NCBI GenBank assembly: GCA_036172245.1 | Contig: JAYWIR010000030.1 | Location: 2,480,001-2,544,000 of the forward strand | Direction of reading: 5' to 3' | Length of the DNA: 64,000 bases | From: Raillietiella orientalis | Lineage: Eukaryota | Shown: in pieces, positions 41,701 to 54,421 of the stretch | How positions within the stretch are numbered: the first letter of the stretch is position 1 | Layout of the letters: each line of letters opens with the position of its first letter | Made by a program: the position numbers and the translations under genes | Notes under the pieces: generated by a model | What the model was told of the DNA's origin: nothing | Databases searched by the model: none | Seen by the model: the letters and a program-made list of their open reading frames with translations, nothing else

Positions 41701-42140
41701 AGCGGATGAGCCACATTGGCACGTCTCTGGCGCTTCATCCTCCTCGCATCCTCTGGCAAGGCATCAAATTTGTTTCCCACGCTCCTCCCGTATGCCGCAG
41801 ACCGAACTCCCCGTTTCTCGCGGGTGTCTCTAGGCACGCCGTCCACCCGCGTCAGCTTCCGCTGTTCTTCACCACGTCAAAAGCGCGTGCTGCCTGGATC
41901 TGACTGCAGGCGTCCCAAAGGCGACCGCTCCAAACAGCACGGCTTTCCCGCAGCGGTCGCCTAGCGAGGGGGAGGGCAGTTCGGGTTTCCCGGTTTTTGA
42001 GATGCGCCTTTCGCGCGTGGATGACGTCCCACGGTGCACAGCGAAGGGGCGTGTGCGCGTTCGTGCACCAACCTCGTCCTCATGGTAGCTCATCGTACGC
42101 ACTGAGGGTTCCTGCTCAGCTTTCGGGCCTGAGGCCATTC
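38780..42140 (-). mobile_element. degenerate Tx1/L1-clade non-LTR retrotransposon (ORF2 remnant, RT core apparently deleted)
   Basis: FRHFVP..RRSTWT/NTRVD (endonuclease C-terminus), GGKPQMRDFF, TDEGVRKAPRALNSRWLPGNGG (cf. EEV..A...L...KSPG.DG), FLWRN..VVFRPQSGIGL, and zf-RVT motif CYRCRERKSLPHLLIDC in ORF 38937-39422. Confidence 0.75.
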
Positions 42141-42600
42141 CGACTCACCTTTCGTTACCAGGAATGAAAATGCCTTCTTTAACAGTAGGGACGGTTGCTC
42201 CCGCTGGACGAAACACTTGCACTAAAAAAGTGCTCCTGGGAAGAAAGGTGTTCGTTGCTCTGTAGGTGGAATGGCATGGAAAGGATCGTTGACCAGGTCT
42301 CGTTGATCCTGGAGTGAAAAGTGCGGAGTGGGAAAAAACAGGGAGGCATTGACGTGAGACCACTATCTTATAACATGGGCCGGTCGAGAAGCCGGGCTCC
42401 ACCTAGGTCTATTAACCGTCATCTGTCCTTTTTCCTCCTACCCCTTTGTCTTCTGGATACGTGAAAGCTAAGGGAAGTGACCTTGAAGTTTTTTTTTTAT
42501 GGTTCGCAAAGTGCTGAAGAACTGTTCGCCTAGAGGTTCACGAAGCTCTTGAACACTGTCCACGCCACCGAGAGTGGGTGTAGTAGCTTTTGAAGATAGG

Positions 42601-44031
42601 GAGTACCCCGGTCCCTACGAATCCAGGAAGAATTCGGAGGAAGGAGTCCTTTCGTCTCATGCTTGGTCATCTCTTCTCCGAGGAAAATCTGGAAAGGATC
42701 CGCTCCTGACGATTCTTCTCCGGAGGGAGCCCTCGAGGGAACCACTCTGGAATCTCCAGACCATACTTCTTGTGTGTGCAACGGGAACTCCTCGGTTTCT
42801 TTTGAAAAGGAACAAGTAATCAAAAAAAGGCCGAATCCAATGCGCTGAGGACTTCAGCATTCTGAATCCGAATGCCTTACGAAAATGAGGACGTGTCACG
42901 TAGGGAGGTTTTCAAAGGTCGCCTGATGCATCGTTCTGCAAGCGTGAGCGATTGGCCTTGGCTTTCCTCAACGCTCTAGATGGAGAGGAGGCACTCTTCG
43001 TTCTGCACTGGCTATCTGGACAATGGCATGCAAAAGCGTGAAGTGAATGGCATTTCGGGTTGCCTAGCATCGGTGGACGGGAGTTTCCAATTCTGAGATC
43101 AGCACAGACCGGGAAGCTCTCGAATTGTTGGCAAGGCTCTACATCATAGCGAAGTGTTCTTCGCAGGTGCCTGGTACTTATTTGTTACCCAATGCCTTAT
43201 CGAAGCTGCTTCAGAAGCTTCCTTGTTTCCTTGCATGACTTTATCGGGACTCGCATTTGCTCTTGCAATGATCTCTACCGCATCAACATTTGTTGTTTGG
43301 GATGGAATGAGTCACTGATCCATCCTGATCCTATTCCATCCTTGTGGTCTTTGTAGGAGTCAGCTGACCTTTTTCTCGTGGCTTGGGTTTAGGAATGCTG
43401 TTATTCCTTTAGATTAAGACACGCAGCGACTAGGAACGTGATCTGACGTCTGTATCTACGATCCTACTTTGAAGATTCGTTGGACCTGCAGAAGAAAGAG
43501 TGGTGAATAGTGAACACATGGACCATGAATCTCCTTTCCCTTTGTTCCTTCTTTCCCATTTCTCTGATATTTTGCATAAATCCTGATGACAAGAGTCATT
43601 TTGTTTTTTTTTATCTTCGCTGTGTTCCTTCCATCTTTTTTTGAAAATTTTTTTCGGGTTGTTTTTTTTTTCTGGTTCGCTGAGTTCCTCAAGAACCGTC
43701 GCGCGCCCAGCTGCTCACGAGCTCTTTGACACTATTCCTCGCCAACTGAGGGTGCGTGTAACTCTTCAAGAAAGGGGGTACCCCGGGAGGGTACCATCCT
43801 ATGAATCCAGGAAGGGTTCGGAGTCCGTTCCTCTCACGTCTGGGGAAGGATCCCTGGAATGGAGATCACCTCTACCTTGGTTGCCTCCGAAGGAAATTCC
43901 AGGAGGAAACCTTTTCCCTATTCATTCTGGAGGGACCCGGAGGATTTGCCTCGTTTTTTCTTTTACGAAAGGAGCCCAGACAGGATCCGCTATTAGGAAT
44001 TTCTTCTCCAGAGGGAACCCGCAAGGGAACC
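42601..44031 (+). repeat. diverged direct duplication (42601-42743 vs 43776-44031)
   Basis: Shared blocks gtaccccgg..cctaYgaatccaggaag..ttcggag and ggatccgct..ttcttctccRgagggaRccc..agggaacc. Both - strand translations contain VP.R.PSGEE. Confidence 0.7.
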
Positions 44032-45559
44032 GCTGCTTGTCTTCTCCTCCAAAGAGAAGGGATGCTTCCCAAATTTCTCAGAAGGGTGCTCTCCGAGGAG
44101 AGAGGCATGCCTCTCTGCACTCTGGAGAGGTATCACATGGTACGAGCCGGTCTACTTCCTTTTGCTATCCATCACTGTCACTAGTAAGAATTTTAGTTCA
44201 TCGAAAATAGGAATGACGTGCTGATATCACAAGAATCCTGAAGAGGCTAACGGTTTGTTTACTCATGAGCATGATGGCAATACAAGACGTTCTGAGCTAG
44301 TTTTCCTGTTTCTTCAATCTTTAATCATGTCGTCTAGTCTTTAAGTCCTGAATCATCACTTCGCGCCTTCATATTCACGCATTGATAGCATTTTTCAATC
44401 ATGGGCTTACCACTCGCATCAACGATTTTCATTCTGAACAAAGTCAAGTGTACTATGTGCAGTTACATGTAGTGAACTAAAAAACATTTCAAAGAAATGG
44501 AGAAATTGAACTTTCCTCAATTTCCTTGGCTCCGTCTTTTACCGTCACTAGAAGGATTGCTTCTTTAGCTGCCGCCTTGAAAATCTACCTGCGGAAAAGC
44601 CAGATGTTCTATATCCGTAAACTATGCCGAAAAGAATTGAAGGTACATCTTCTCCCGAAAATGAGCTTTTTTTAAAAATTTTTCTTGACTCACTGCCACT
44701 CTTTCCCCGATTGCATCTGAAGGTCTCAGTAAGACTCTCATAGAATGGTGATACATCACATCTTCCTCGAAAAGCTAGTGACTACTGCAATCGACATCAA
44801 GCCACGAAACTAGTGTCACTTATTAACCATGAACCATTTTCTAAATACCCATCGGAATGTTGTTTTTCTTGGATCAAACAAAAGTTACCGATCCATTAAG
44901 AACCGATTCCATATAACTTTGGGATATTCCGCAGAAACTACCTTGATGAAAAGCACACGTAAATTGAATGTGGTTCTCCCGTTTCCCTTGTCACCTTCTT
45001 AATTCCGTACATTGTGAGAAAGTAGGAAGAAAATCTCCGCCACCCATGAAAGGCATTTATTTATAAGAACTATTCAGATTCTAGTTGGTTAATGAATATA
45101 GAAATCCCGATTTAAAACCACTGCATCAGTTATGCCCCCTTGAAACATAGGATTGCTCTCCGTTAGAATGTTCATGAGGAAACAAAGGACCAGTTCCAAG
45201 GAATCAAGAAATTATTAGCCGTTACACTCCCATCAATTCAAGAGAAACCTCTCTTGCATTTTGCGAAGAACAATCACACGATCTTACTAAGTACGGATGC
45301 TCCTGTTGATCAAAAATAGGAAAGGTGCACTCTTGGAGGCAAAATTCCGTCTTCTCAATTCCTCACTTCCAAGACAAGAGAATGTACATCGACAAAACCG
45401 TGAAATAACCTTTCATGATTTCCACACCGTAAATGGCATTGTTTTTAAATGTCCGAAGATTTTCAACATTCGACATACTCTTGGGGAGACATACTCTTGA
45501 GTGGCCATTGTGGGAATCTTCATGATTGCAGCCAAATATGCAGACGCCAGTGACAGATA

Positions 45560-46435
45560 AAAACTAGTGTTCCTGTTGCCTTGTTGCTATTGTCCCACTT
45601 CCAGAACTAATGTCTCTCTATAAGTAATATCATGTCATGATATATTTCTTAAAACATATATCATGGAAACTTACTGTTGTCAGTAAAGTATCATTGTTAA
45701 TGGATATTATGGATATTATCATTGTTATCAGATTAATAAATCTGATGGGCACAAATCCTTGACCGGTGTAAACAAATCCATCCGCGAAGCCCCCAAATCC
45801 TCCGAAAAATTGACTGATTATTGAGGAAGGAAACAACGAAAAGCATGAAATTTCTATTCACGTCATCGACATCAGAAGTAATTCTGAATTCAGTTGTCAA
45901 TGTTTTTAATTTGTCAGGAAGGAGGACTTGAAGGAGCTGTTTAAAATGCACGGAAGTAGCCATTCAGTGGTCGATTGTACAGCAGGTATCTTTTTACTAA
46001 GTTCATAAGAGGACTATGCTTTCGACGTTCCAAAGAATACTATGAAGTTTTCATGTATCGTGTCATGAATTTGCATTGTATTTTATCGTTAGCTAACCGG
46101 TTCGTGGAGCTGCTTTGTAGTGACTTCAGCAGGTAAATTTCTGAGAATGAGGATCCGGTTCCGCTTTCTGCACAGTAAGCTGCTGAAAAAACTGAAGTTT
46201 TTAAAAGTGCAAAAGCGACAGTTATTTCCATCTTTGGAGAACTTATTTAGCAACTTGCATTCACATTTGGAACGTCTTTTTACCATCTCCACATTTCACA
46301 TTCTTTTTCTTCCTTTTAACACCATGCCTCGAAGAAGTTGGAAAAGTTTTGAAGGATTTTGTAAAGCAAAATGTTTGACAAAGTACGAGCCAATTACTTT
46401 TGTTGTGCTGAACAGTGTTGAAAGGTTTTTGCATA
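45560..46435 (-). other. possible uncharacterised short-exon spliced transcript or pseudogene, divergent from the SH2 gene
   Basis: Series of ~50-70 nt GT-AG intervals with open intervening frames. Includes RILILRNLPAEVTTKQLHE (RRM RNP2-like), but no RNP1 and no fully consistent model. Confidence 0.25.
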
Positions 46436-46974
46436 CTTCAGAAGGAACAGATTAATAAACGTGAACGTGCTTTCAAAGTAATTATAATTTGGCTATTTTG
46501 TTTAGCGTGCTCTTTGGAAGGCATTTGGCTGCGGGCAACGTATCAACTTGTACGTAAAATCGTCCATGCAAAAAGAAAAGTACGGTCGTCTTCAGCATTA
46601 TAAGGTTTGACTTAAGGTTGACTTACTTGGCAAACAACTCAAATCTAACGTGCACGGAATACATATTAGTCATCATTATTATTATCTCGGTTAACTTCCG
46701 TAACCGTTTCAGTTTGCGATTTTGTTTGAATGTTATTGCGTGAACGCTGATTCGTGAAACTTGATGAGTGTTTGCCGGCTATCTTAATGCCAATGTTATT
46801 AAACACACATTAATGCTGGATAGGTTTGCAGATTTTTAGGGATCCCATACTTGAGCAGTCATAATTGGAGTAAAGTGAGATAAAGTGATACCATTTAAGA
46901 AAAGAATTGTTTGCCAGGATGTTTGAAGTTTATGTCGAGCAACAATAAGGCTTCATTGTTAGTGGTTATCTAAA

Positions 46975-48050
46975 ATGCCTTGGAGTGTACCCAAACTCTC
47001 AAGAAATCGGTAGAACATACCTATTAGACTACAAAAGTTGACATTAATATTTGTACACTTTGCAGATTTGCTCAAAGTTTTCTTCAAACGGTGATCCATA
47101 AAAAGTCCAAACAAGATGTTGCATGTAAAAGGTAATAAGAAATACTGTACAGATATTCCTTGATTATCATATCAGGTCATCAGTGAGTGGGGAAGAATCT
47201 GATTCTGACTGGGGTTCTGATTTTGATGATGTTGAGGATGTGGTGAACCCCAACCCAAATGCTGATTTTGGTGAACTCTACAAAAATGTAAACAGTATGG
47301 TATGAAAAATTACGTGGATGCAAAAACACTAATGTTATTTTGTTTCATGTAGCCTAGAGGTAGGAATTTGAAAACAGCTCAAGTATCAAAGTACATTATG
47401 TATGTTTGTAGAATCTGCTGGTCTGTTTCAGGATTCCAGTTCACTAGTGAACTGTATACCTGAAAATACTTATGAGATGATTCATGATGAACAGAAACAT
47501 CAACCTCCAGATTCACAGTTTGTAGACCAGGTTCATTCAACAAGTAAGAAAAGCATATTGGAATAAATATTGTTTTAAAAAACAATCAATTTTCACAGAG
47601 CACTTGAATCTAGCTCACAATTCATGGTTTCATGTGCTCACACGGAAGCAGGCTGAACAATTTGTTCACAAAGGTTGGTCCTTTCCATGTTGGACATGAA
47701 GATAAATTGTTTTAGGAAAAGATGGTTCATTTTTAGTCAGACCATCTGAGCATCCTTTACCAGATATGTTATTCACACTCACTTTGTTGTGTAACAGTCA
47801 GATATATCATATTCATATTCGGCAAATTGCTGACTGTAAATTTGCTTTGGGTAAAAAAAAACCTGAAGAGAAGGTAAAAAAAGTTGCCCATAATTACGTA
47901 CTGCAATTGCATTTTTTCCCCCTAAAACAGGTGTTCAAATCTATTGAGGATATCATTACACATCATCAAAATTATCCAATAAAGCTGCAGAAACATGGCC
48001 AAGAACGCCTAACTGGTGAAACTCTTCTAGTCAGTGTACAATCAAGTTGA
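46975..48050 (+). CDS. small SH2-domain adaptor, BLNK/SLP-76/CLNK-like
   Basis: Exons 46975-47009, 47066-47131, 47176-47299, 47353-47382, 47432-47543, 47599-47673, 47716-47873, 47931-48050 in consistent phase. Acidic ESDSDWGSDFDD, YKNV/YEMI tyrosine motifs, C-terminal SH2 (WFHVLTRKQAEQ..GKDGSFLVRPS..FTLTLL..IYHIHIR..FALGK..FKSIEDIITHH..PIKL). Confidence 0.82.
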
Positions 48051-48746
48051 CATATGGGTTGTTGCATGTTTTTATGAAGCTATACGATTATGACTGTAAA
48101 GAAGGAATTTTATCAAATGATATTTTATCCCATGTAAGCCCATGAAAAATTCTTTGATGTCAGTTTACGTTTCATTTATCATTTGCGAAAATAAATGAAA
48201 TGCTATTGTTAAAAGAGTGAATTAAGTAATTGCAGGGCATCCATAATTAATATGTGGGATAAGAAAAGTGGATTACATTGGTTGAGTAATTGCAAAATGG
48301 TGATGTGTCAGAAAAATCTGCAGTAAGTAATCAGTTTGTTTTCTTGCGAACCTAATAAAACTGTGTGTGAAATATTTACGTGAACATCTGGTTTCTTGTG
48401 TCCCCAAAGGATTGAAAATAACATACTGTTCAGGCAGATTGTATAATTTTATTATTGTGTAATTATGATATCTATGTTCCATCCATTTCCCTCTTAAAGT
48501 GATAAGAACACTTTGGATGTGTAATCAGTAGTATTAGGAATGTTATTTCTTAGATACCAAAATTAGGTATTGAAATTGTTTCTGTAGTAAATGGAACATA
48601 CTTATGACTTCAAATTATGTTTCTATTCGGAATGGCAGACAAAATGACTGCAACCTGTGGAAACATTTGCTATACCTTCTTAAATTGCAGAGCATTTAAC
48701 ACTGAGGGTCTCGAAATTGATTTCTTGTATTCCAGAAGATGCAAAA

Positions 48747-48782
48747 AAGTAGTGTTACATTAAGGAAAATGTAACACTACTT
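48747..48782. repeat. perfect 15-bp inverted repeat
   Basis: aagtagtgttacatt / 6-nt loop / aatgtaacactactt. Confidence 0.85.
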
Positions 48783-49543
48783 GTTTGTAGATCTCAAATA
48801 TTAACAGTGGCTACATTTTCTGAGGATACAGCATCATCAGGAATCAAAACCACATTAAGTGCTTCTTGGTTAAAAATCAATTAGTGCAACTTTTAGTAAT
48901 GAAATTAAATGGAAAAGCGATGCAATGTCATCTCAGTAATACTTTTAAAGGATTTCATTGTCTATTTAGTTAAGAACATTTAGAAAATTTGATACTGAAA
49001 GACTTATTCATCTTTATTCTCAAGGAATCCATTTAATTTTGTTTTAATCACATTTTGAGACTGAGGGTACTTAAAATTGAGTGTCAAATTCATTGAGCTC
49101 AGGACTAACATTTAAATAAATCTTCTGTTGAGATATACTTTTATTTCTTCTAGTTGCATTGAAGGCTGTGACAAAGAATTTTTTACCTGTGGTTTTTGCA
49201 TGGATGTGTTTTTTTTTTTAAATGAAATAGTTCTTCAGTTCAAATTTCCAGGAACTCATACTGGATGGTGATTTATTACTCGTACACTTGACTGCATATT
49301 CCTGGTAAATGCTTGATGTGCATCTCAAGCAGCTGGTGTGAAAATATCTATCTATCTTGGTTTGCACTTACAATAAATTGAACCTTGCAGAGTTTGATTT
49401 CAGCATACATCATTTATATTTGCACACAAAAAAAAGTGAATTCGAAGACTCCAAATATTATTGATTACCGATAAAGAAATGGAAATATCCTAAAGAAAGG
49501 TCGTTTCCAGCATTTGTGGAACAACAGACTACATTGAAATCCC

Positions 49544-49609
49544 ATTATGCCCCATGAGTTGCAATCCCAAAAGTTTTCTCTCATGGGATTACAACTCTTG
49601 GGACATAAT
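49544..49609. other. 26-bp imperfect hairpin (pre-miRNA-like)
   Basis: attatgccccatgagttgcaatccca / 14-nt loop / tgggattacaactcttgggacataat; 23/26 WC pairs, and two of the three mismatches are G-U on the - strand. Confidence 0.65.
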
Positions 49610-52600
49610 CAGCTTCACAATTAATTCAATGGTACTATCGTTTTAAAAAGATACCTGACCGTGAACTACTGGGCACCCCAACTCCAGCCACAGATCACCG
49701 TCTGAAGATTCGAAAGAAGGGATTGCATTGGGGTGAAGGAAATGTGCTCATTAGTTCTGGGGCTGAATCAATTGGCGATACATGTAACAAAGCGGACAGA
49801 ATGTAAATATTTAATCCTGGGAACCACGAAAATTCTTGAATTCGCACGTATATTGACACAACAGATCCCAACGTCTCCGAGGCAGTTAGAGAATGAAATG
49901 GACACACCAAAAGCCTGGAATTGGAAACAAAATTCGGCAAAGCAAAGCAGAGGGACTTTCACTTTGTAAGTGAATCCTTTCGTAGAAAGGAAGCGTAAAA
50001 AAATTGGAAGACGGAAGTATAGACCATTTTTTCATAGGACCTGATGACCCATTTTCCATCCATCCGATAAACTGTGTTAATGTGTCATTCATGCAGGTCC
50101 ATGTCGCCAACAACAAATACTAAACGAGTACGAGTCAGTTAGTCAACAAGAAAGCAATCCACTAATACAGTGAATTTAACGTCAAATTTGCATCGCTCAA
50201 TGAACTGATATGCAACGTGCACCGTTGCACCCACCAATACTTGAAAAATGCAGCTGCACTTTGCGATGTTTTATGTTGCTTTGAAATCAGGAAACGCCGT
50301 AACACTTCAGCTTTTGTGTGATACATGGTGTTCCCCCTGGTGGTACGGCAGTTATTTGAGAAGAGAAAAAAGTGAATCTCCTCGAAAGTCCGATTGGGAA
50401 TCCTGCAACCGTTCTTTCAGCCGAACATCGGAAAGTGCATTAACCACCATAAACAACGACCAAAATTAAAGGATGCGTTTCATTTTTTTTTTTTTTTAAA
50501 AAAGAAACTCATCGTTGAGTATCCCGATATTCAGCAAATAGCGAATCTACTACACTTAACCATACCTTTCAGGGTCACATGATTTGAGATTTCAGCTGCT
50601 CGTAAAGCAGTATGAACACGTCTTCGAAAGAAGGCTCTCTTATTTCCAAACAGCACGGATAATGGCTATCCGAGTTATCACAGAAGCTTCTCTTAAAATG
50701 AGGCTTAGCTGACATCGCCCCTTGGCTAACATTCTCTCACCCCTTCTTTGGTTGCTGTTTCTTACTTGCCAGGTAAGATAGCGTCTCGGGCACCTTTCAT
50801 TAAGTTTCTTTAAAGATGAGACAGAATCTTTCGTTCGGCAAAATGGCACTCGAAAGATGGTGGTGTGGAAGGGTTCATAAGAACGTCCTGCAACATCTTA
50901 CAAGAACGTTACGATTTTTTGGCCGTTGAATGACAATCGTCTTATCGTGATGCCTTCGTGAAACGGAGTTGTCCGACAGGGACTCTGAAATCTGGCTATA
51001 TAGAATCATTTCCTGCAACAGTGGCGACCTCATCTCTGCATGCTATTTCTTCAGAGATAAAAGGATCGATTAGAGCTATGGATACGCCGTTGAGGGTATT
51101 GGGAGCAGAGAAGACTGAGGAATAGGAATCCTTGCTCCCTGTTTTCAATGATGTTCTCTGCTTGATGAGGAAATCCTCCATGTAGTTTCTCTTGCGAAAG
51201 AAGAAAGTTGCTGTATTTCTTTGCCGTGACTGCATCCTGTGATGGTAAACCTTTGGTTTGTCGTGATTTGATCGGCTTCCCGATGGCAGCTAGAATCCGT
51301 TTTGTTGGTAGCTCACATGACTAAATCAGCTTGATGAAAAAGACATTCCAGGTTTGTATGCGTGAAACATGCACTAAAATCACTAAAGTGCTGCACTTTG
51401 CTCATTTACTTTCCATTGCTAAAGAAGCCTTCACCCATAAGAATCCATCTTTTTACTGAGTGGTTTTCATGGTTTTCGCAGGAGCGTGAGCGATCTTTGT
51501 GCCTGAAATGACGCAACGCTAAATTTGTCCACATGGAACTCCTTTGAGTACTCATTGCTTCTGGGTATGAATCATGCTGAGAAGCCCAGGAGACGTTTTT
51601 CATCAAATGGTCGCACTTTCTATAGTCAGTCTGAGTGCAAATCAGGTGTAGAAGTGAAAATGCACTCCGGTCGATCTCTGAAAGCAAACAGATCGGTATA
51701 AAAGGGAATCAGGAAAAGCTGTGGATGGTGCTCGGATGCTATTATTCTCAGCCAGAAGATAAAAAATAGGTGAATGAGGTAGATGTATCCGTTAAACACG
51801 AAAACTGAGCTGGGAATTTTTCAACCGAATATTGGTTCTAATGCCTGTGTGAAATGCCTATATGCCTTTATTTTTACAAGTAGCCGATTCCAACTGCATT
51901 GCTCCCTTTCGTTTTCCCTCCACTGAGCTGCTTGTTGTGCAGAATTTCACAGGAAAATTCGAAGATGTCCAGCGCTCGAAAAAAACTCGAAAGCCAGTCA
52001 TGCTGCTGTTTTCATGAGGTGATGACCTTTGTCGTGGAAAATATTTACGTAGGGACAGCGACACAGAATTCGAGCACTGCCTAACGGAATTAGAAGTTGC
52101 CCATACTTTCTTGCTGTTCATTTGTAAGTCGAGCAACCCTTCCGTCTATCACTCCTATCCACGAATGGGAGTGAAAGAAAACAATCCCTTGACAAGCCAG
52201 GGGATGTTTTATGATACTCTTTTCCAAGTTTGATTCGTACGTCAGGAGGAGATACGAGCCGAAAATGGAGATCCGAATATTCGCAATCCGTTTTTTTTGC
52301 ATTACTTGATTGTCATTTTGATTACAATCATGCCTTTAATGCTACCTTTCATGGCTGCTCAGCTATGATGATCCCAAGGTGCACACGCAGAAGGGCCATA
52401 CAAACTTTGTGGTTCCCAGGGATGCAGCAAGTCACGCACTAGTACGATACCCCGGGTTCTTCTATCGGACATTGGAGGGAAGTCAATACAGGTAAAGCAC
52501 ATGCAGCACTCTTCTGATACGCTTAACCACATCTATTAATATGAATTTCACTTGTAATAGTATATCATGAGTAAGCTACTATCTCGTTGGTTCACAAGTG

Positions 52601-53288
52601 GCTGCAGCTGAGTGCAAAAGAACGTGGGTAGATCCACGTGTTTTTCTGCCACGCCAGCAGCAAAACGGCTGCCCGTAAACCAACACAATTACGGAAAAAC
52701 AACGGCATTCTTAGTGAATGATGCTGCAGTATCTTCCTATGTCTGGATCACTCATCGACCGGGAATGGGTACTGATAAACTTTAACTCGGCATTTTCAGT
52801 GTGGACCTAAAATGAGAAGTACTCTTGTAAGGGCAGGAATCAAGGAACGACAAGCATTTTGCTCAGACCATGAACAGAGCACCAACCATGGTCTCATGGC
52901 AAATAGCCGCTTCCGAAGGAAATGAAGCAGAAGGCCTTCTGACAGCAAAGATTCATTCGAAATAAAACACGAAAATCCAACGTTCACAGTATTCAGGAAC
53001 GCGTTTTTGCTTCGAAATAGAAATCCCCTTTCTCCATTTTCCCTGTTGGAGAGTTATCAAGCATGGATTTTCGTCACATTTCGTACTCTCGTATCATTCT
53101 AGTTTATGACTTGTCCATCTTCTGTGGCTCTACAGGCCTGGATTAGAAAATGTTTGGCTTTATTCACTTGCTAATCCGCGATTTTGGGGGGGAATGGGTT
53201 ATTGTAAGAAAATTATACTTATTTTGTCCTAACATGATAATAGTAATTATCTAGGAAGTAATTTTTCAAGTGAATCATGTTTTCAGTT

Positions 53289-53322
53289 TCAAGAACCATG
53301 ATCCGTGGATCATGGTTCTTGA
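53289..53322. repeat. perfect 16-bp palindrome with 2-nt spacer
   Basis: tcaagaaccatgatcc gt ggatcatggttcttga. Confidence 0.9.
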
Positions 53323-54397
53323 TTAAATGTCGAGTTTTAAGAGGATTTAGGAATTTTTCTTTTGTATGGTGTCTCTTTGCCTGAAGCAGACTCTTAGCAC
53401 TGCTCTGTGGAATTTCAATACGCAACGTTGCATGTTATAGAAAATTAACTTTAACGCATGGAATGTATATTGGCGGTGGTGATTTGCTTGAGAGCTCGCA
53501 CAGGTCACAAAATCACGAGATGGAGCATCAATACGAACGTCCTGAATCCTGTATGGTGTATATCTTAACGAGCACTTTTAGACATGGATAAAGCACAAGG
53601 GCATACTTTCCAAACTTTTTGGAGCCTTTTAGACACGGCCTTCTGAACTCCTTTCTCTTACAGGCGTTATTATTTGCAGATTACATTTCTCGTTCAAATT
53701 TATTTCCAAATCATGGAATAATTGTTCCGATTCCATAATTTGACACACAGAAAATGAACACAACATGAAGCGCATAAGGAAATACAGCATGGCGACGTAC
53801 TGATTTTTGCACACGTTTTTTCGAGAAACATTTCAGGAAGGAATCAAAAATTTCCTACAAGGATCACCATGTGCCATGGCACCGAAAAGTCTTTTAGGAT
53901 CCTGATACCGGGGGAAGCTGGATTTCAGTTCCCAGTGCACAGAGCAAGTGGCTCCTTCATGCTATTTGGAGGGTTCAGAGAAAAAGATGGTGTCCGAACA
54001 TCATCTCGCTGTTCACTGGTACTGTGAACTGCAAGGCCCTGAGTTTTCATCAGCAGCCACGGTTCTGTGATTGCAAAACACAGGCCAGACACGTTCTACC
54101 TGATTGAAACGACGGATGGAAAACGCGTCGGACGAGCGCCGACTTCTGTTTAAAAAGAGTTTACGAAGTCTCCGTCTTTTGATTCTGGCTTTGAGGCTGC
54201 CTTTAACGCTTAAGTGTCCAAATGGGAACTTTTTTTTTCCACCCTGCATTGATAAAAAGAAAAAAAAAAGTGCGCTTATTCCTGTTGGGGCAGAGGGAAA
54301 TGCATCAATCACAGTTGTGTAATTTGAAGACGCAAAGGATACTCCGACGCAGGCTCTTTAAGAAACGCAAATCCTACTTAGACTTCGTTTGGAAAGG

Positions 54398-54421
54398 GTG
54401 TGTGTGTGTGTGTGGGGGGGG
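54398..54421 (+). repeat. (GT)n microsatellite + G run
   Basis: gtgtgtgtgtgtgtgtg followed by a G run. Confidence 0.85.

Noticed and set aside
49695..52450. Short ORFs between the SH2 gene and ARHGEF17
   Set aside because: No motifs strong enough to call a gene or TE; possibly highly decayed repeats.
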